Assembly: GCA_963785235.1 (NCBI GenBank)
Contig: CAWAUM010000005.1
Coordinates: forward strand, 64,001-128,000
Origin: an uncultured delta proteobacterium
GTDB taxonomy: Bacteria > Desulfobacterota > Desulfomonilia > UBA1062
DNA length: 64,000 nucleotides
Direction: 5' to 3'
How positions within the stretch are numbered: position 1 is the first letter of the stretch; each line of letters opens with the position of its first letter. The position numbers and the translations under genes were made by a program. The notes beneath the pieces were generated by a model. It was not told where the DNA came from. It saw nothing but the letters and a program-made list of their open reading frames with translations, and searched no databases. This document shows positions 49,834-60,824 of this stretch, in pieces.

Positions 49834-51663
49834 TTAAGCCAGGAAGGTTGCCTCGGGCACTTCCATGACGGAATTGTCTCCTTCCTTGATGACCCGCAGG
49901 ATCATCCCCACGGTGGGCAGGATGTTGTGGCAGAAGAACTTCGCTGAAGCCACTTTCCCTGCATAGAATGGGTAGTCAAAATGCTCTGCACCCAGTTCAT
50001 CGATCTTCTTCTGGGCTATTATTGCCTGATCGATCAGGAGTTTTGCGCCATAAAGATAACCGGTGGCATGCAGGATGCGGGTTGCATATAATCCGATCAG
50101 GCCGAACTTGCCCTCTCCAAGGTATCCGGCCATGGTCATCTGGATGTCCTTGTAGTTGGTCAGCGCCTCTTCCAGCAGGCCGATCTGCGTGCAGAGTGCT
50201 GCATTGTCCTTGTTGGCGCCTATGAATTTCTCGATCTCGCTGAGCCACGTGGCAAAGACCTGTCCGCCTGCCATCATCCACTTGCGGCCGATGAGGTCCA
50301 TGGACTGGATGTAGTTGGTGCCTTCCCATATGGGGTAGATCCGGCAGTCTCTGAGCTGCTGTGCAATGGGGTACTCTTCGGAGAAGCCGTAGCCGCCGTA
50401 GCACTGCATGGCTTCCGAGATGCTCAAAAACGCCATGTCCGAGCACCATGCCTTGACGATGGGGATATTTACCTCGATATAGCCCTTGGCCATCTTGCGC
50501 TCGTTCTCGTCGGCCGTGTTCTCGGCAATGTCCATGACATAATAGGAATACGCAATCATGGCCCGGGACGCATCGGTCAGCGACTTCTGGTACATGAGCA
50601 TGCGGCGCACGTCTTCATGTTTGATGATGGGCACTCTTCCGGCCTTGGGGTTGGTGAGCTGCCGGCCCTGGACGCGCCCGCTGGCGTACATGCATGCATT
50701 GTTATAGGCCACTGTTGCCGCCGACATTGCGGCCAGGCCGGTTACTGTGCGCTCTTCGTTCATCATCTGGAACATCTGGGCCATGCCATTGCCTTTTCCG
50801 TCAACCGGGGCATCGCCCAGCAGGTAGCCGCGGCACTTGCCTTCTTCGCCGTAGTTCACGATTGCCGTGGCAGAGCCCCTGAGGCCCATCTTGTTCTCGA
50901 TGCCGCCGCAGTTCACGTCGTTGAAGTCGCCCTTCTCGCCGTTTTCGGTGGGCCAGTACTTGGGCACTACAAACAGGGATATGCCCTTGGTGCCGGGGAC
51001 ACAGCCCTCAATGCGGGCCAGTGCCAGGTGGATAATGTTTTCGGTGATATCCTGCTCGCCGCCGGTGATGAAGCATTTGGTGCCCACGATCTTGTATACG
51101 CCGGGCTCATCGGTGGGGAAGGCCTTGGTCGAGATGTCGCCGACGTCGGAGCCGCTGTTGGGTTCGGTAAGGTCCATGGTGCCGGCCCACTGTCCGCAGA
51201 ACATCTTGGGCAGGAATATATTCTTCACCTTGTCGCTGCCGAAATCCCTGATCAGGCCGGCTGAGCCGGTGGTAGCCATGGCATAGGGGCCTAATGCGGC
51301 ATTTGCGGCTGCGAGGTATTCATTGGTAGCACCCATTAAGCACAGCGGCATGGAGCTGGGGTCGGTGTGGTCGCCATTGCTTGAGCCCAGGCCGTTTTCC
51401 TGGACAGCCCAGTAAGCCTTTTTGAAGGATTCGGGGACAGTGACCTTGCCGTCGCTGTATACGGCATGCTTGGTGTCGCCGTCTTCGTTCGTAGGTGCCA
51501 CGACCTCTTTGGCGATCTTCATGGCGTTTTCAAGGATCGAATCGATATCTTCGACGCTGTAACCGCCTTTGAATCGTCCGGCCTCAAAGACCCTTGACAT
51601 GTCGAGCCATTCTTTCAGGATGAATTTCTGTTCACGGGTTGAATAGAGGAAGTTAGCTGCCAT
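49834..51663 (-). CDS. Acyl-CoA dehydrogenase (long, DmdC/FadE-like)
   Basis: GTMDLTEPNSGSDVG, MFQMMNEER, GGYGFSEEYP, IWEGTN. Confidence 0.92.
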   Translation of the reverse strand: MAANFLYSTREQKFILKEWLDMSRVFEAGRFKGGYSVEDIDSILENAMKIAKEVVAPTNEDGDTKHAVYSDGKVTVPESFKKAYWAVQENGLGSSNGDHTDPSSMPLCLMGATNEYLAAANAALGPYAMATTGSAGLIRDFGSDKVKNIFLPKMFCGQWAGTMDLTEPNSGSDVGDISTKAFPTDEPGVYKIVGTKCFITGGEQDITENIIHLALARIEGCVPGTKGISLFVVPKYWPTENGEKGDFNDVNCGGIENKMGLRGSATAIVNYGEEGKCRGYLLGDAPVDGKGNGMAQMFQMMNEERTVTGLAAMSAATVAYNNACMYASGRVQGRQLTNPKAGRVPIIKHEDVRRMLMYQKSLTDASRAMIAYSYYVMDIAENTADENERKMAKGYIEVNIPIVKAWCSDMAFLSISEAMQCYGGYGFSEEYPIAQQLRDCRIYPIWEGTNYIQSMDLIGRKWMMAGGQVFATWLSEIEKFIGANKDNAALCTQIGLLEEALTNYKDIQMTMAGYLGEGKFGLIGLYATRILHATGYLYGAKLLIDQAIIAQKKIDELGAEHFDYPFYAGKVASAKFFCHNILPTVGMILRVIKEGDNSVMEVPEATFLA

Positions 51664-51719
51664 TTTTAAATTCTCCTTCTCGGTTTTTGTGGGGACTTAC
51701 CTAAGAACGTCGACATTAT

Positions 51720-51737
51720 AATGAATTGCCGTTCATT
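51720..51737. promoter_or_regulatory. Palindromic operator candidate (TetR-like) upstream of acyl-CoA dehydrogenase
   Basis: aatgaa-N6-ttcatt; assignment to a TetR/FadR-type repressor is inference. Confidence 0.45.
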
Positions 51738-51836
51738 TTGTCAACAAATGAAAGTGCAGTTTTACTGCACGGCCGGATATAGGTTCCAGTTTACTTTACT
51801 ATCAGATGCATAACAGGCTGGCTGTTCACCAGGCGA

Positions 51837-52052
51837 CTATTTCTCTTGATCCTTATCCGAGCGCTGGCGGGCGGCCTCTATGATGAGGTTGGCCGTGAAT
51901 ACGCCGATGTAAACGAACAGGGCGATACCCCCCTTGAAAACGTTCAGTCCGGGCTGGGCCAAATGAATCATGATTACGATAGCAACAGTGGCCACGAGAG
52001 ACACAACGGCTGTAATGATAATAAGCTGAGCATCGAGTTTAAACAGTCCCAT
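51837..52052 (-). CDS. Small 2-TM membrane protein
   Basis: Two hydrophobic helices; overlaps the thioesterase stop. Confidence 0.55.
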   Translation of the reverse strand: MGLFKLDAQLIIITAVVSLVATVAIVIMIHLAQPGLNVFKGGIALFVYIGVFTANLIIEAARQRSDKDQEK

Positions 52053-52536
52053 CGATAGCCTCTTTATTCAAGGAATTCATCTGTTCAGGCATCATTACAA
52101 CAACCACTTCACCCTGTGCACATAGAGTTCCCCGGGCAGAGACCGTAACGTTCACGATGACTTTGCGCCCTTTCATTTCCGTAACCTTTCCCCTCAAAGC
52201 AAGAGTCACACCCAATGGTGTCGGCTGCAGATAATTCACGTGCAATGACGCAGTCACAAATCTCAGAGGCGGTTCGGTGCCCATGTCACGGCCTTCCTTG
52301 CGGTATGCGGCAGCCGATGCAGTGCCGGTGGCGTGGCAGTCTATGAGCGATGCAATTAACCCGCCGTACACATAACCCGGGATTGCGGTGTGGTAAGGTT
52401 GCGGGGTAAACAGGGCTATGCTCTCATCTCCATCCCAGTAGCTCCTGATATGCAGGCCCTGCTCATTGAGGCGGCCGCATCCATAGCAGTGACTCAGATG
52501 GTCCGGGTAGTATTCTTGGAATGACTTTTCATCCAT
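52039..52536 (-). CDS. PaaI-family thioesterase
   Basis: CYGCG, YGGLIASLIDC, TASLHVNYL hotdog motifs. Confidence 0.85.
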   Translation of the reverse strand: MDEKSFQEYYPDHLSHCYGCGRLNEQGLHIRSYWDGDESIALFTPQPYHTAIPGYVYGGLIASLIDCHATGTASAAAYRKEGRDMGTEPPLRFVTASLHVNYLQPTPLGVTLALRGKVTEMKGRKVIVNVTVSARGTLCAQGEVVVVMMPEQMNSLNKEAIDGTV

Positions 52537-52545
52537 TTCGATATC

Positions 52546-53091
52546 TTAAGCAGCGCCGCCTTTTATCGCGATAAAGCCCTGCGCAGGTGTCCCGGTGTCG
52601 GCCGGTGTCCCGGCAATCTGTGAAAGGTATGCCGGACCAAGCTTGGTTATATGTTCTCCGACATTGTCAAAGTAATTGTAGTGGGTCTGCTCTTCATCAA
52701 TGATGGTCTCAAAGAGCTTCATGCTTGTGCTGTCACCGTTCTCCCTGCATACCAGCACGAACTGATTGTAGATATCGATGGCATCGTCCTCGAGAGCGGC
52801 ATTGAAAGGGAAGATGGCCTCGACCTTCTGCCCCTTCTCAATCTTAGAGACCGGCTCTGCCGTGGGTTCACCCCCGAGTTCCTTGATCCGCTCTGCGAAC
52901 ATCTCGGCATGGCGCATCTCGTCTATTGCAATGAGCTTCACCTTCAATGCCAGATCACCATAATCCATGTTGTCCAGGTTATAGTGCTGGTTCATGTATT
53001 GATAGATAGCCTTGAGTTCCATGGAGCGTGCCTTGTTGAGAACCTCAACAACTTTTTTCTTTTTCGTATCTCTTGAGTCACGTGCCATCAC
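52546..53091 (-). CDS. bfr: Bacterioferritin
   Basis: EL.AI.QY, DEMRHAE (heme Met), DEEQTH ferroxidase motifs. Confidence 0.85.
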   Translation of the reverse strand: MMARDSRDTKKKKVVEVLNKARSMELKAIYQYMNQHYNLDNMDYGDLALKVKLIAIDEMRHAEMFAERIKELGGEPTAEPVSKIEKGQKVEAIFPFNAALEDDAIDIYNQFVLVCRENGDSTSMKLFETIIDEEQTHYNYFDNVGEHITKLGPAYLSQIAGTPADTGTPAQGFIAIKGGAA

Positions 53092-53377
53092 ATACCTCCA
53101 TCATGTAATATCATTTCATTATAAGGATTTGTTAGTAAACTTACAAGACCTCACTGGATGCATGGAAATATTTTGTGCTTGACAGTATCCCGCTTCACGT
53201 TTATTTATATTTCATATCTGAAATATGAATATATCTGACCCGAATCTTGCGTTACGAATGGTACCTTCGGATACACTTCTCAAGCAAAATTCCATTGATG
53301 ATAGATTCTGTTTTCAGAAATACACAAAAACAGACCCAAGGTTTTGCCGAGCTGGGATCTGGATTAAGAGGTAAGCA

Positions 53378-53578
53378 ATGGCACAAGGAACAGTAAAATG
53401 GTTTAACGATTCAAAAGGTTTTGGTTTCATCACAGCAGACGGTGGACAGGATGTATTCGTGCACCATTCATCGATCAATGGGGAAGGGTTTAAATCTCTT
53501 GAAGAGGGTCAGCGTGTAACATTCGACATCGTTGCAGGACCCAAGGGGCCTCAGGCTTCAAACGTAAGCAAAGCCTAA
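53378..53578 (+). CDS. Cold-shock protein
   Basis: [20 protein letters not shown]. Confidence 0.96.
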   Translation: MAQGTVKWFNDSKGFGFITADGGQDVFVHHSSINGEGFKSLEEGQRVTFDIVAGPKGPQASNVSKA

Positions 53579-53585
53579 GCAGTTC

Positions 53586-53612
53586 ACAGGGGCAGGTTTA
53601 TCCTGCCCCTTG
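53586..53612 (+). terminator. Terminator after csp
   Basis: aggggcagg-ttta-tcctgcccct. Confidence 0.6.
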
Positions 53613-53847
53613 ATCTTTATGAGCAGCACCCGTTATCAACGGGTTGAGTTATAAATTAATACACGAAGGTATAGTTGTATTTACAGCACTGATTGCTCAC
53701 CGAGGATTAGATCAGAACAAGTCTTACAATCTTTAGAGTTATCCTTTCTCCAGGCAACAATCAATGCGGCGCCCTTGATATGGTGAAATTGGTTGCAAAA
53801 TCAGGGGGTCAATCGGTTTCCTTTTTCCGGACAGATCATCTTCCGCT

Positions 53848-55300
53848 TCAGCACGCCCGCCCTTTAAGATTGAAGAGCAGTCTGAGAATTGACCGGGTCT
53901 TATCCGAGAAAAGTTTCGAGGCAAAGTATTTTCCTGCAGCACGTTTGGAGATCTCGGATAATGTCGGATAGAGGTGAACAGCGCCTGCCATAGTGGCCAG
54001 GCCCACATTGCCGTTTCTGGCGAGAATCCATTCATGTATGAGCTCTCCGGCATGAACCCCGATAATCTGAGCACCCAGCAGCTTGCCACCACCGTCCAGC
54101 AACAGCTTGATCTTGCCCTGTTGCTCTCTCTCGGCTTGGGCACGATCGTTTTCAGAGAAAAACTCTTCCATCACGCTATAGCTGGTGCCTTCCTTTTGAG
54201 CGCGTTTCTCATTGATTCCAATGCTTGCTATTTCAGGAGAGGTATAGGTACACCAGCCTATCCTGGTGTAATCAGCCCTGCGCGGCAGGCGCAGGACAGC
54301 ATTTGAAAGGGCAATACCTCCTTCGTAGCCTGCCACATGGGTGAAGGGCATCACCCCGTTTATATCTCCGCAGGCATAGATGTGGGACATGTTCGTCTTC
54401 ATGCGGTCATTTGTCGGGATGCCTCTGGGCGTGTAATCGATCCCTGCGGCCTCCAGTGAGAGTCCATCCACATTAGGTTTTCTTCCTGCTGCAACGAGCA
54501 GGGCGTCTGCCTCAATGACTTGCTCAAGGCCCTCTCCCCGGGTAGAACCGATGGTGAGAAGGATGTGTCCATTCCCTTTTTCCACCCGCATTGCCTTGGT
54601 ATCGGTATGGATCACCACACCCTCGGACATGAGCTGATTTTTAAGGATTTCAGCCATATCAACGTCTTCAGAGCCAAGGATCTGATCCATGAATTCTATT
54701 ATGGTTACCTTTGATCCGAGACGCGCGAAGGCCTGGGCCATCTCGCAGCCGATGGGTCCGCCTCCGAGCACGATAAGACGCCCCGGGAGCGTTCGGGCAG
54801 AGAACACGGTCTCGTTTGTCAGGTAAGGGACATCTTTCAGGCCATCAATAGTCAGGCAGGGCAGGGGAAGATCCTGTGGCGATGATCCAGCTCCTGGCCG
54901 AAATACGGTTACCGTCCAGGTTTACGACATGATCATCAACAAATTCCGGGTCACCGAACCGGACAAGTGCGCCCAATGAGCAGAAACGTTCAGGCGAGTC
55001 GTGATGCTGGATAGTTTCTATCACCTCAGCCACCCTGTCCATTACTGCGCCGAGGTCTACAGGCGGCAGCGCCAGGCCTGGCAGGCCGAATTCTGCAGAT
55101 CTTCGGGCCAGCGCCCAGACGGATGCCGTACGGATGAGTGTCTTGGAGGGCACACATCCGAAGTGCAGGCAGTCCCCTCCGAGCTTGCCGGACTTTTCCA
55201 TGAGGATGGTCTTTGCACCGAACTGTGCAGCGCCTGCGGCAGCAGTAAGCCCTGCAGCCCCACCGCCGATGATACCGAGATCATAGTCATAGCGAGCCAT
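53848..55300 (-). CDS. Pyridine nucleotide-disulfide oxidoreductase (MerA/Lpd-like), frameshift near 54855
   Basis: GGGAAG, GGDCLHFGCVPSK, then GGGPIG, GDING, HLYPT. Confidence 0.85.
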
Positions 55301-55320
55301 GCGTTTCTCCTCATGGAAGG

Positions 55321-57021
55321 TCAATGAACCTCTTGGATTATCCGGTTAATGGCCGCAGTGATGTCAGGCCCTGAGATATGAAGCCTGATGAGTTGCCTGC
55401 CTGCAGCCTTGAGCGCTTCTCCATCGCCCATGGCCTGGGCCGCTTTCAGGACACCGAATGTCATGGATGAGCTTTCTGATCCTGCCTCGTCGGGGATGGC
55501 CAGGTCAAAGGCATCATCGCATGTTATCTGGATAAACATCCCTTTCCCGGCATCGCCCTTGTGGAGCTGGCCGGTCGAATGCAGAAAACGCGGGCCAAAA
55601 CCGAGTGTGGTCGGGATACGGTACTTATCGAGGAGCCCTAGCCTCAATTCCTGTAAGGCCTGTTCAATCTCACGGGTGGGATTTAGGTAAGCCTGGATCG
55701 AGATGTAGGAGCCTTCCTGTATATGGGAGAAAAAATCCTGCATTACCTGGGTCAGGTCAGAAGAGGGTGAGTCGTAAAACACACAGAGGTCTTTGTCCAC
55801 AAGGGCTGCGGAATGGGTGCACAGGTTCCCCTTCCGGCGGTATTCGTCCATGGCCTTGCGGGAGAGCACCTTGGCAGATTCCACATCAGGCTGGTCAAAG
55901 GGATTGATTCCAAGGACATGACAGGCAACGGCCACGGCAAATTCCCAGAGGAAGAACTGGCCGCCCACGTCGTAGATGTCATCCAGAAAAATCCGTATAA
56001 CCGGGTGGCCTGCATCTGAGAGCCTGCCCAATTCAGGCTCGATGGTATCATCCCCGGGGAGTTTCATGGAGATGAAGACCCTGTCATTACGGTACAGTTC
56101 AGGGCTGTCGGGGGGCTCGCCGATAACCGGGAGTATGCCGTTGCCTTCCTTGCCTGTGCTCTCGGCAATGAGCTGCTCCACCCAGTCTCCGAAAGCGGCA
56201 ATCTTATCAGCAATGAAGAAGGTAAGCTTGTCTCTCCCCGCACAGGCCAGGGCGCCCAGAGCAGCACCGAGTTTAGCGCCGTCATTGCGGCCCGACCATG
56301 AGCAGTCGTTCTGTCCGCAGGCTTCTACAGAGGCAATTGCACGCTCCAGCAGCAGGGGTATGTCCATGCCCATGAGAGATCCCGGGACAAGGCCGAAAAC
56401 GGATAAGGCGGAAAAACGGCCGCCGATTGTAGTGTCCCCGGGAAAAACCTTGCGGAACCCTAATTCTGAGGCAACCTCGTTAAATGAATTTCCCGGGTCC
56501 GTAATGGCTATGAAATGCTCTCCTGCCTTGTCTTTGCCTACGGAGCTTATGGTCCGGTTATAGAAATATTTAAAAAAGGACAGCACCTCGGCAGTAGTAC
56601 CTGATTTGGAAGACACGATGAAAAGGCGCTTTTCAGGATTGACTGCATCTGCAAGGACCGTAACGGCAGCAGGATCGGTGCTGTCGAGCACTGCGAGGTC
56701 AAGGAAACCGTCTTGGACACCGAATATTCTTTTCAGCATGTCCGGGGCCAGTGATGAACCGCCCATGCCCAGCAGGAGTGCATGGGTATAGCCCTCAGAG
56801 CGCACTTCATCGGTAAATGTTTTCAGCTCTGTGACCCGTTGCCTCATGTTCATGGGACTTCTCAGCCACCCGAGCCTGTTGGTGATTTCCTTTGGTTCCA
56901 TCTTCCAGACCGTGTGGTCCATGTCCCAGATCCGCTTGATTGTCCTGTTGCTCTCGATCTTCTTAAAGGCATCCTCCACAGCAACACGGTAAGGGCCGAG
57001 GCTCATTTCAATTTTTACCAT
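55321..57021 (-). CDS. pgi: Glucose-6-phosphate isomerase (Tal-Pgi C-terminal type)
   Basis: GMGGSSL, SSKSGTT, GGRFSAL, QLIAESTGK, PFDQPDVE. Confidence 0.85.
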   Translation of the reverse strand: MVKIEMSLGPYRVAVEDAFKKIESNRTIKRIWDMDHTVWKMEPKEITNRLGWLRSPMNMRQRVTELKTFTDEVRSEGYTHALLLGMGGSSLAPDMLKRIFGVQDGFLDLAVLDSTDPAAVTVLADAVNPEKRLFIVSSKSGTTAEVLSFFKYFYNRTISSVGKDKAGEHFIAITDPGNSFNEVASELGFRKVFPGDTTIGGRFSALSVFGLVPGSLMGMDIPLLLERAIASVEACGQNDCSWSGRNDGAKLGAALGALACAGRDKLTFFIADKIAAFGDWVEQLIAESTGKEGNGILPVIGEPPDSPELYRNDRVFISMKLPGDDTIEPELGRLSDAGHPVIRIFLDDIYDVGGQFFLWEFAVAVACHVLGINPFDQPDVESAKVLSRKAMDEYRRKGNLCTHSAALVDKDLCVFYDSPSSDLTQVMQDFFSHIQEGSYISIQAYLNPTREIEQALQELRLGLLDKYRIPTTLGFGPRFLHSTGQLHKGDAGKGMFIQITCDDAFDLAIPDEAGSESSSMTFGVLKAAQAMGDGEALKAAGRQLIRLHISGPDITAAINRIIQEVH

Positions 57022-57023
57022 GG

Positions 57024-58112
57024 TTACAGCACCTCTTTGCGCTTGGTATCGATACTGTTCAGAAGCGACTCAAAGGATGAGGCAAAGGATCGCACCCCAT
57101 CTTCTTCGAGTTTTTTCGTTATGGCATCCAGGTTCAATCCAAGTTCGGCGAGTTGATCCATCAGGTTTTTCGCATGCTCAAGACCTGCTTCCAAGCTGGG
57201 CGATACCTGTCCATGGTCAAGGAACATCCCTAACGTTGAAGGGGGCAGTGTGTTCACCGTGTGGGGGCCGATAAGCTTGTCTACATACAGGGTGTCGGAA
57301 TATCCGGGGTTCTTGGTCCCGGTGCTGGCCCACAAGACCCGCTGCACATGCGCACCGTTGCCGGCCAGCCTCTCCCAGCGATGTCCTGAAAAGATCGACT
57401 TGAAACGGCCATAGGCGATCTTGGCGTTTGCAATTGCAGCCTTGCCCAGCAGATCCTTATTCCCGATTTTAGCAAGCTCCGCATCCACCGAAGTGTCTAC
57501 CCGGCTTACAAAGAACGAGGCCACAGAGGCGATTTTAGAGATGTCACCACCTGCTGAGAGGTGTTTTTCCAACCCCGAGATGTAGGCTTCGGCAGCCTTG
57601 ACATACTGAGACAGGGAGAAGAGCAGTGTCACATTCACGTTCACCCCGCCGGCAATAAGCGCCTCAACTGCCGGGATGCCGGCATCAGTTGCAGGGACCT
57701 TGATCATGACATTGGGTTTACCCAGCGCCTTGAAAAGCCTTTTCCCCTCCTGAACAGTGTTGTCGGTGTCATAGGCCAGTTTCGGGCTTACCTCCAGGCT
57801 TACGAACCCGTCGAGCCCGCGGGTGTTCACATAAACCGGAAGGAACAGATCAGCTGTCAGCAGGATATCCCGCAGGACGAGCTCCTCATATATCTCTTGA
57901 GTGGATTTTCCGTTTTTTGCGAGCCTCCTCAAGGCATCATCATAATCGTGGCTCCCTGCAATGGCCTTCTCAAAGATAGTAGGATTGCTGGTTACACCCC
58001 GGACGCCCTGATCGATGAGGTTCTGCAACTCGCCCGAGCTTATCAGCGAGCGCTGGATATAATCGAACCATATGGCCTGGCCGAGATCGGCAAGATCGTG
58101 CAGTTTTCCCAT
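57024..58112 (-). CDS. tal: Transaldolase
   Basis: GVTSNPTIF, VSLEVSP, MIKVPAT, WASTGTK. Confidence 0.93.
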   Translation of the reverse strand: MGKLHDLADLGQAIWFDYIQRSLISSGELQNLIDQGVRGVTSNPTIFEKAIAGSHDYDDALRRLAKNGKSTQEIYEELVLRDILLTADLFLPVYVNTRGLDGFVSLEVSPKLAYDTDNTVQEGKRLFKALGKPNVMIKVPATDAGIPAVEALIAGGVNVNVTLLFSLSQYVKAAEAYISGLEKHLSAGGDISKIASVASFFVSRVDTSVDAELAKIGNKDLLGKAAIANAKIAYGRFKSIFSGHRWERLAGNGAHVQRVLWASTGTKNPGYSDTLYVDKLIGPHTVNTLPPSTLGMFLDHGQVSPSLEAGLEHAKNLMDQLAELGLNLDAITKKLEEDGVRSFASSFESLLNSIDTKRKEVL

Positions 58113-58250
58113 GAACGTACTCCTTTGAGTGTTGGATCGTGTGTAATCTTCTATTAACAGGAATAAGGTATGGGACACAAGACGGAAGGGTGAATGCAGT
58201 AGTAACATTTTCACACCCAGATTCTGAGTAAAAGCTTTTTAAAAACCTGA

Positions 58251-58299
58251 ACCGAAAAAAATGTATGAGTTCCGAAGGAACTCATACATTTTTTTCGGT
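58251..58299. repeat. Perfect 23-bp hairpin with GAA triloop inside a MITE-like remnant (58216-58332)
   Basis: accgaaaaaaatgtatgagttcc-gaa-ggaactcatacatttttttcggt; preceded by aaaaacctga, as in the MITE copies. Confidence 0.85.
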
Positions 58300-58410
58300 C
58301 TAAGTTTTTGTGCTCTAGGGCAAAATATGAGGATCAAGCAAGGTAGAACGTCTAAGAGGAAGGCGTACCCAAACAGAAAATCAGGAGATGTGTTGTTGCG
58401 ATCAAAATAA

Positions 58411-58438
58411 ACAGGGCAGGTACGTGGACCTGCCCTGT
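58411..58438 (-). terminator. Hairpin after tkt
   Basis: acagggcaggt...acctgccctgt. Confidence 0.55.
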
Positions 58439-58462
58439 CAGCACTATCTTCTTAGTGATTAA

Positions 58463-60538
58463 TCACTCACTTTTTTTCTTGCCCTTCTTTAACAAACTGC
58501 GTGCAGCATCAACAACAGCCAGAACAGTTATGCCGAACTTTTCATAGAGAACCCCGGCAGGGGCGCTGGCACCGAAACCATCCATGCCGATTATGATGCC
58601 TTCGAGTCCCACATAGTGTTCCCATCCGAGCCGTAAGCCTGCCTCAACTGCCACCCTGGCCTTGACTTCGGGGGGCAGAACACTCATGCGGTACTCAAGA
58701 CATTGCCTGTCAAAGATCTCCCAGCTGGGCATTGAAACAACACGCACCTTGATTTTATCGTTCGACAGGACATATGCGGCATCCAGGGCGAGGCTCAGCT
58801 CGGATCCTGTTGAAATGAGTATAACATCAGGCACCGCCTTGGCGGATTCCCACAAGATGTACCCGCCTTGTTCCAGCCCCTTTGCCTGTGAGCACTTTTT
58901 TCTGTCAATTGCAGGCACGTCCTGCCGGGTGAGGATCAGGGCCGTTGGGCCATCAATCCTGCTTATGGCTGCTTTGAATGCATGGGAGGTCTCCTGGGCG
59001 TCACAAGGACGAATCACTGTCAGGTTCGGAACTCCCCTGAGGCCCATGATCTGTTCTATGGGCTGGTGGGTAGGGCCATCCTCACCGACGCCGATACTAT
59101 CATGGGTGAAAATATAGAGACTGCGGACCCCTGAAAGGCATGCAATGCGGATTGCAGGCCGCATGTAGTCGGAAAACATGAGGAACGTGGATGCATAGGG
59201 GATTATGCCGCCGTGCAGCGCCATGCCGGTGGTGATAGCGGCCATTGCATGCTCGCGAACCCCGAAGTGGATGTTTCTGCCATCGAAACCCCAGCATGTA
59301 CCCACGGATCCCTGGACGTTATCACTGCAGAGTTCGGGGTTCTGGAAATCCCCGCATTCCTTTAGCCAGGTGAGCGTGGATGGATTCAGGTCGGCAGAGC
59401 CGCCTGCCAGGGCGGGAATCTTTTTGGCAAGGTGCTGGAGCACCGTCTCACCTGCCTTTCTCGTGGACATGGCCTTCTTGTCAGGGAAGAGTTCCGCAAT
59501 ACCCGCATCCAAAGCCTTTGGCAGCTCTGAGCTCAAAGAGCCTCTTAATTCTTCCGCCTGTTCGGGGAAAGACCTGCTGTACCGGAAAAAGGCCTGCTGC
59601 CAGTCTGATTCACAAGCCTTGCCTCGCTCTCTGGCCTTGAGAAAATGGTCATGAACGTCATCTGCAACAAAGAACTGCCTTGATTCATTCCAGCCCAGGG
59701 CCTTTTTTGCTTGGCGAAGTTCATCATCCCCAAGCGGAGATCCGTGAACCTTGTATGACCCCTGCTTGTTCGGGGAACCGAAGCCGATTACCGTGTCCAC
59801 AATGATGAGCGAAGGCCGGGTCTTTTCTTCTTTCGCCGTCAGAATAGCCAGGTCAATCGTGGCGAGATCATTGCCGTCATGTACATGCTGGGTGTTCCAC
59901 CCGCAGGCCTCGAAGCGTTTTTCAGTGTCTTCGGTAAAACACAGGTCAGTAGATCCGGCCAGAGATATCCGGTTGCTGTCGTACAATACAATGAGCTTGC
60001 CGAGCCCAAGATGACCTGCAAGCGAGCATGCCTCATAGGCTACACCCTCCATGAGGTCTCCGTCCCCTGCAAGCACATAGGTATAGTGGTCAATTACGGT
60101 ATGGCCGGGTTTGTTGTAGAGTGACGCCAGGTGCGCTTCGGCCATGGCCATGCCGACTGCGCTCGATATCCCCTGACCCAGGGGGCCTGTGGTTATCTCA
60201 ACACCTGGTGTAATGAGGCTTTCAGGGTGCCCTGGCGTCTTGCTGCCCCATTGGCGGAATTTCTGGAGTTCACTGATCGGCAGGTCGTAGCCTGTAAGGT
60301 GCAGCAGCGCATAGAGCAAGGATGACCCATGACCTGCCGAGAGGACGAACCGGTCCCTGTCAACCCACTTGGGATTGGAAGGGTTGTGCTTCATATGTCC
60401 GGTCCAGAGCATATAGGCCATGGGCGCTGCGCCCATGGGCAATCCGGGGTGACCGGAGTTTGCTTTCTGGATGGCATCTGCTGCGAGAAAACGGATGGTA
60501 TTGATGCAGCGTTCGTCAAGCTCCGAGTTTATCGACAT
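58463..60538 (-). CDS. tkt: Transketolase
   Basis: [36 protein letters not shown]. Confidence 0.96.
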   Translation of the reverse strand: MSINSELDERCINTIRFLAADAIQKANSGHPGLPMGAAPMAYMLWTGHMKHNPSNPKWVDRDRFVLSAGHGSSLLYALLHLTGYDLPISELQKFRQWGSKTPGHPESLITPGVEITTGPLGQGISSAVGMAMAEAHLASLYNKPGHTVIDHYTYVLAGDGDLMEGVAYEACSLAGHLGLGKLIVLYDSNRISLAGSTDLCFTEDTEKRFEACGWNTQHVHDGNDLATIDLAILTAKEEKTRPSLIIVDTVIGFGSPNKQGSYKVHGSPLGDDELRQAKKALGWNESRQFFVADDVHDHFLKARERGKACESDWQQAFFRYSRSFPEQAEELRGSLSSELPKALDAGIAELFPDKKAMSTRKAGETVLQHLAKKIPALAGGSADLNPSTLTWLKECGDFQNPELCSDNVQGSVGTCWGFDGRNIHFGVREHAMAAITTGMALHGGIIPYASTFLMFSDYMRPAIRIACLSGVRSLYIFTHDSIGVGEDGPTHQPIEQIMGLRGVPNLTVIRPCDAQETSHAFKAAISRIDGPTALILTRQDVPAIDRKKCSQAKGLEQGGYILWESAKAVPDVILISTGSELSLALDAAYVLSNDKIKVRVVSMPSWEIFDRQCLEYRMSVLPPEVKARVAVEAGLRLGWEHYVGLEGIIIGMDGFGASAPAGVLYEKFGITVLAVVDAARSLLKKGKKKSE

Positions 60539-60824
60539 ATAGTAAGCCTCCTCTTGTTGGCTATTTTCTCTAACAGTCATGTCTTCATACGAGGCACCCA
60601 TGAGGAACCTGTTTTCTTTGATGACATGTATAAGTATATTTTTGCAGTCTCTATTACAATAATCATTTCCGGTAGTCTATAACTTAGGCGTCAGGTGCGG
60701 GTGCGCCTCCTAAAAGATTGCACCTGAAGCCGGGTAGCCAAAGCCTTCTTTGACTTTTTCAGTGGCAAATCTTATTCTTTACATGAGGTATATGTACTGA
60801 ACGAAAGCCTTAGAAGGGGGAATT

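Noticed and set aside
55321-58112. tal and pgi as a broken bifunctional Tal-Pgi gene
   Set aside because: tal ends in TAA and pgi has its own GAGG RBS and ATG 2 nt later, which fits two genuine genes.
60690-60730. tcaggtgc...gcacctga stem between tkt and DUF1499 as a riboswitch
   Set aside because: No conserved riboswitch motif recognised; only an 8-bp stem.
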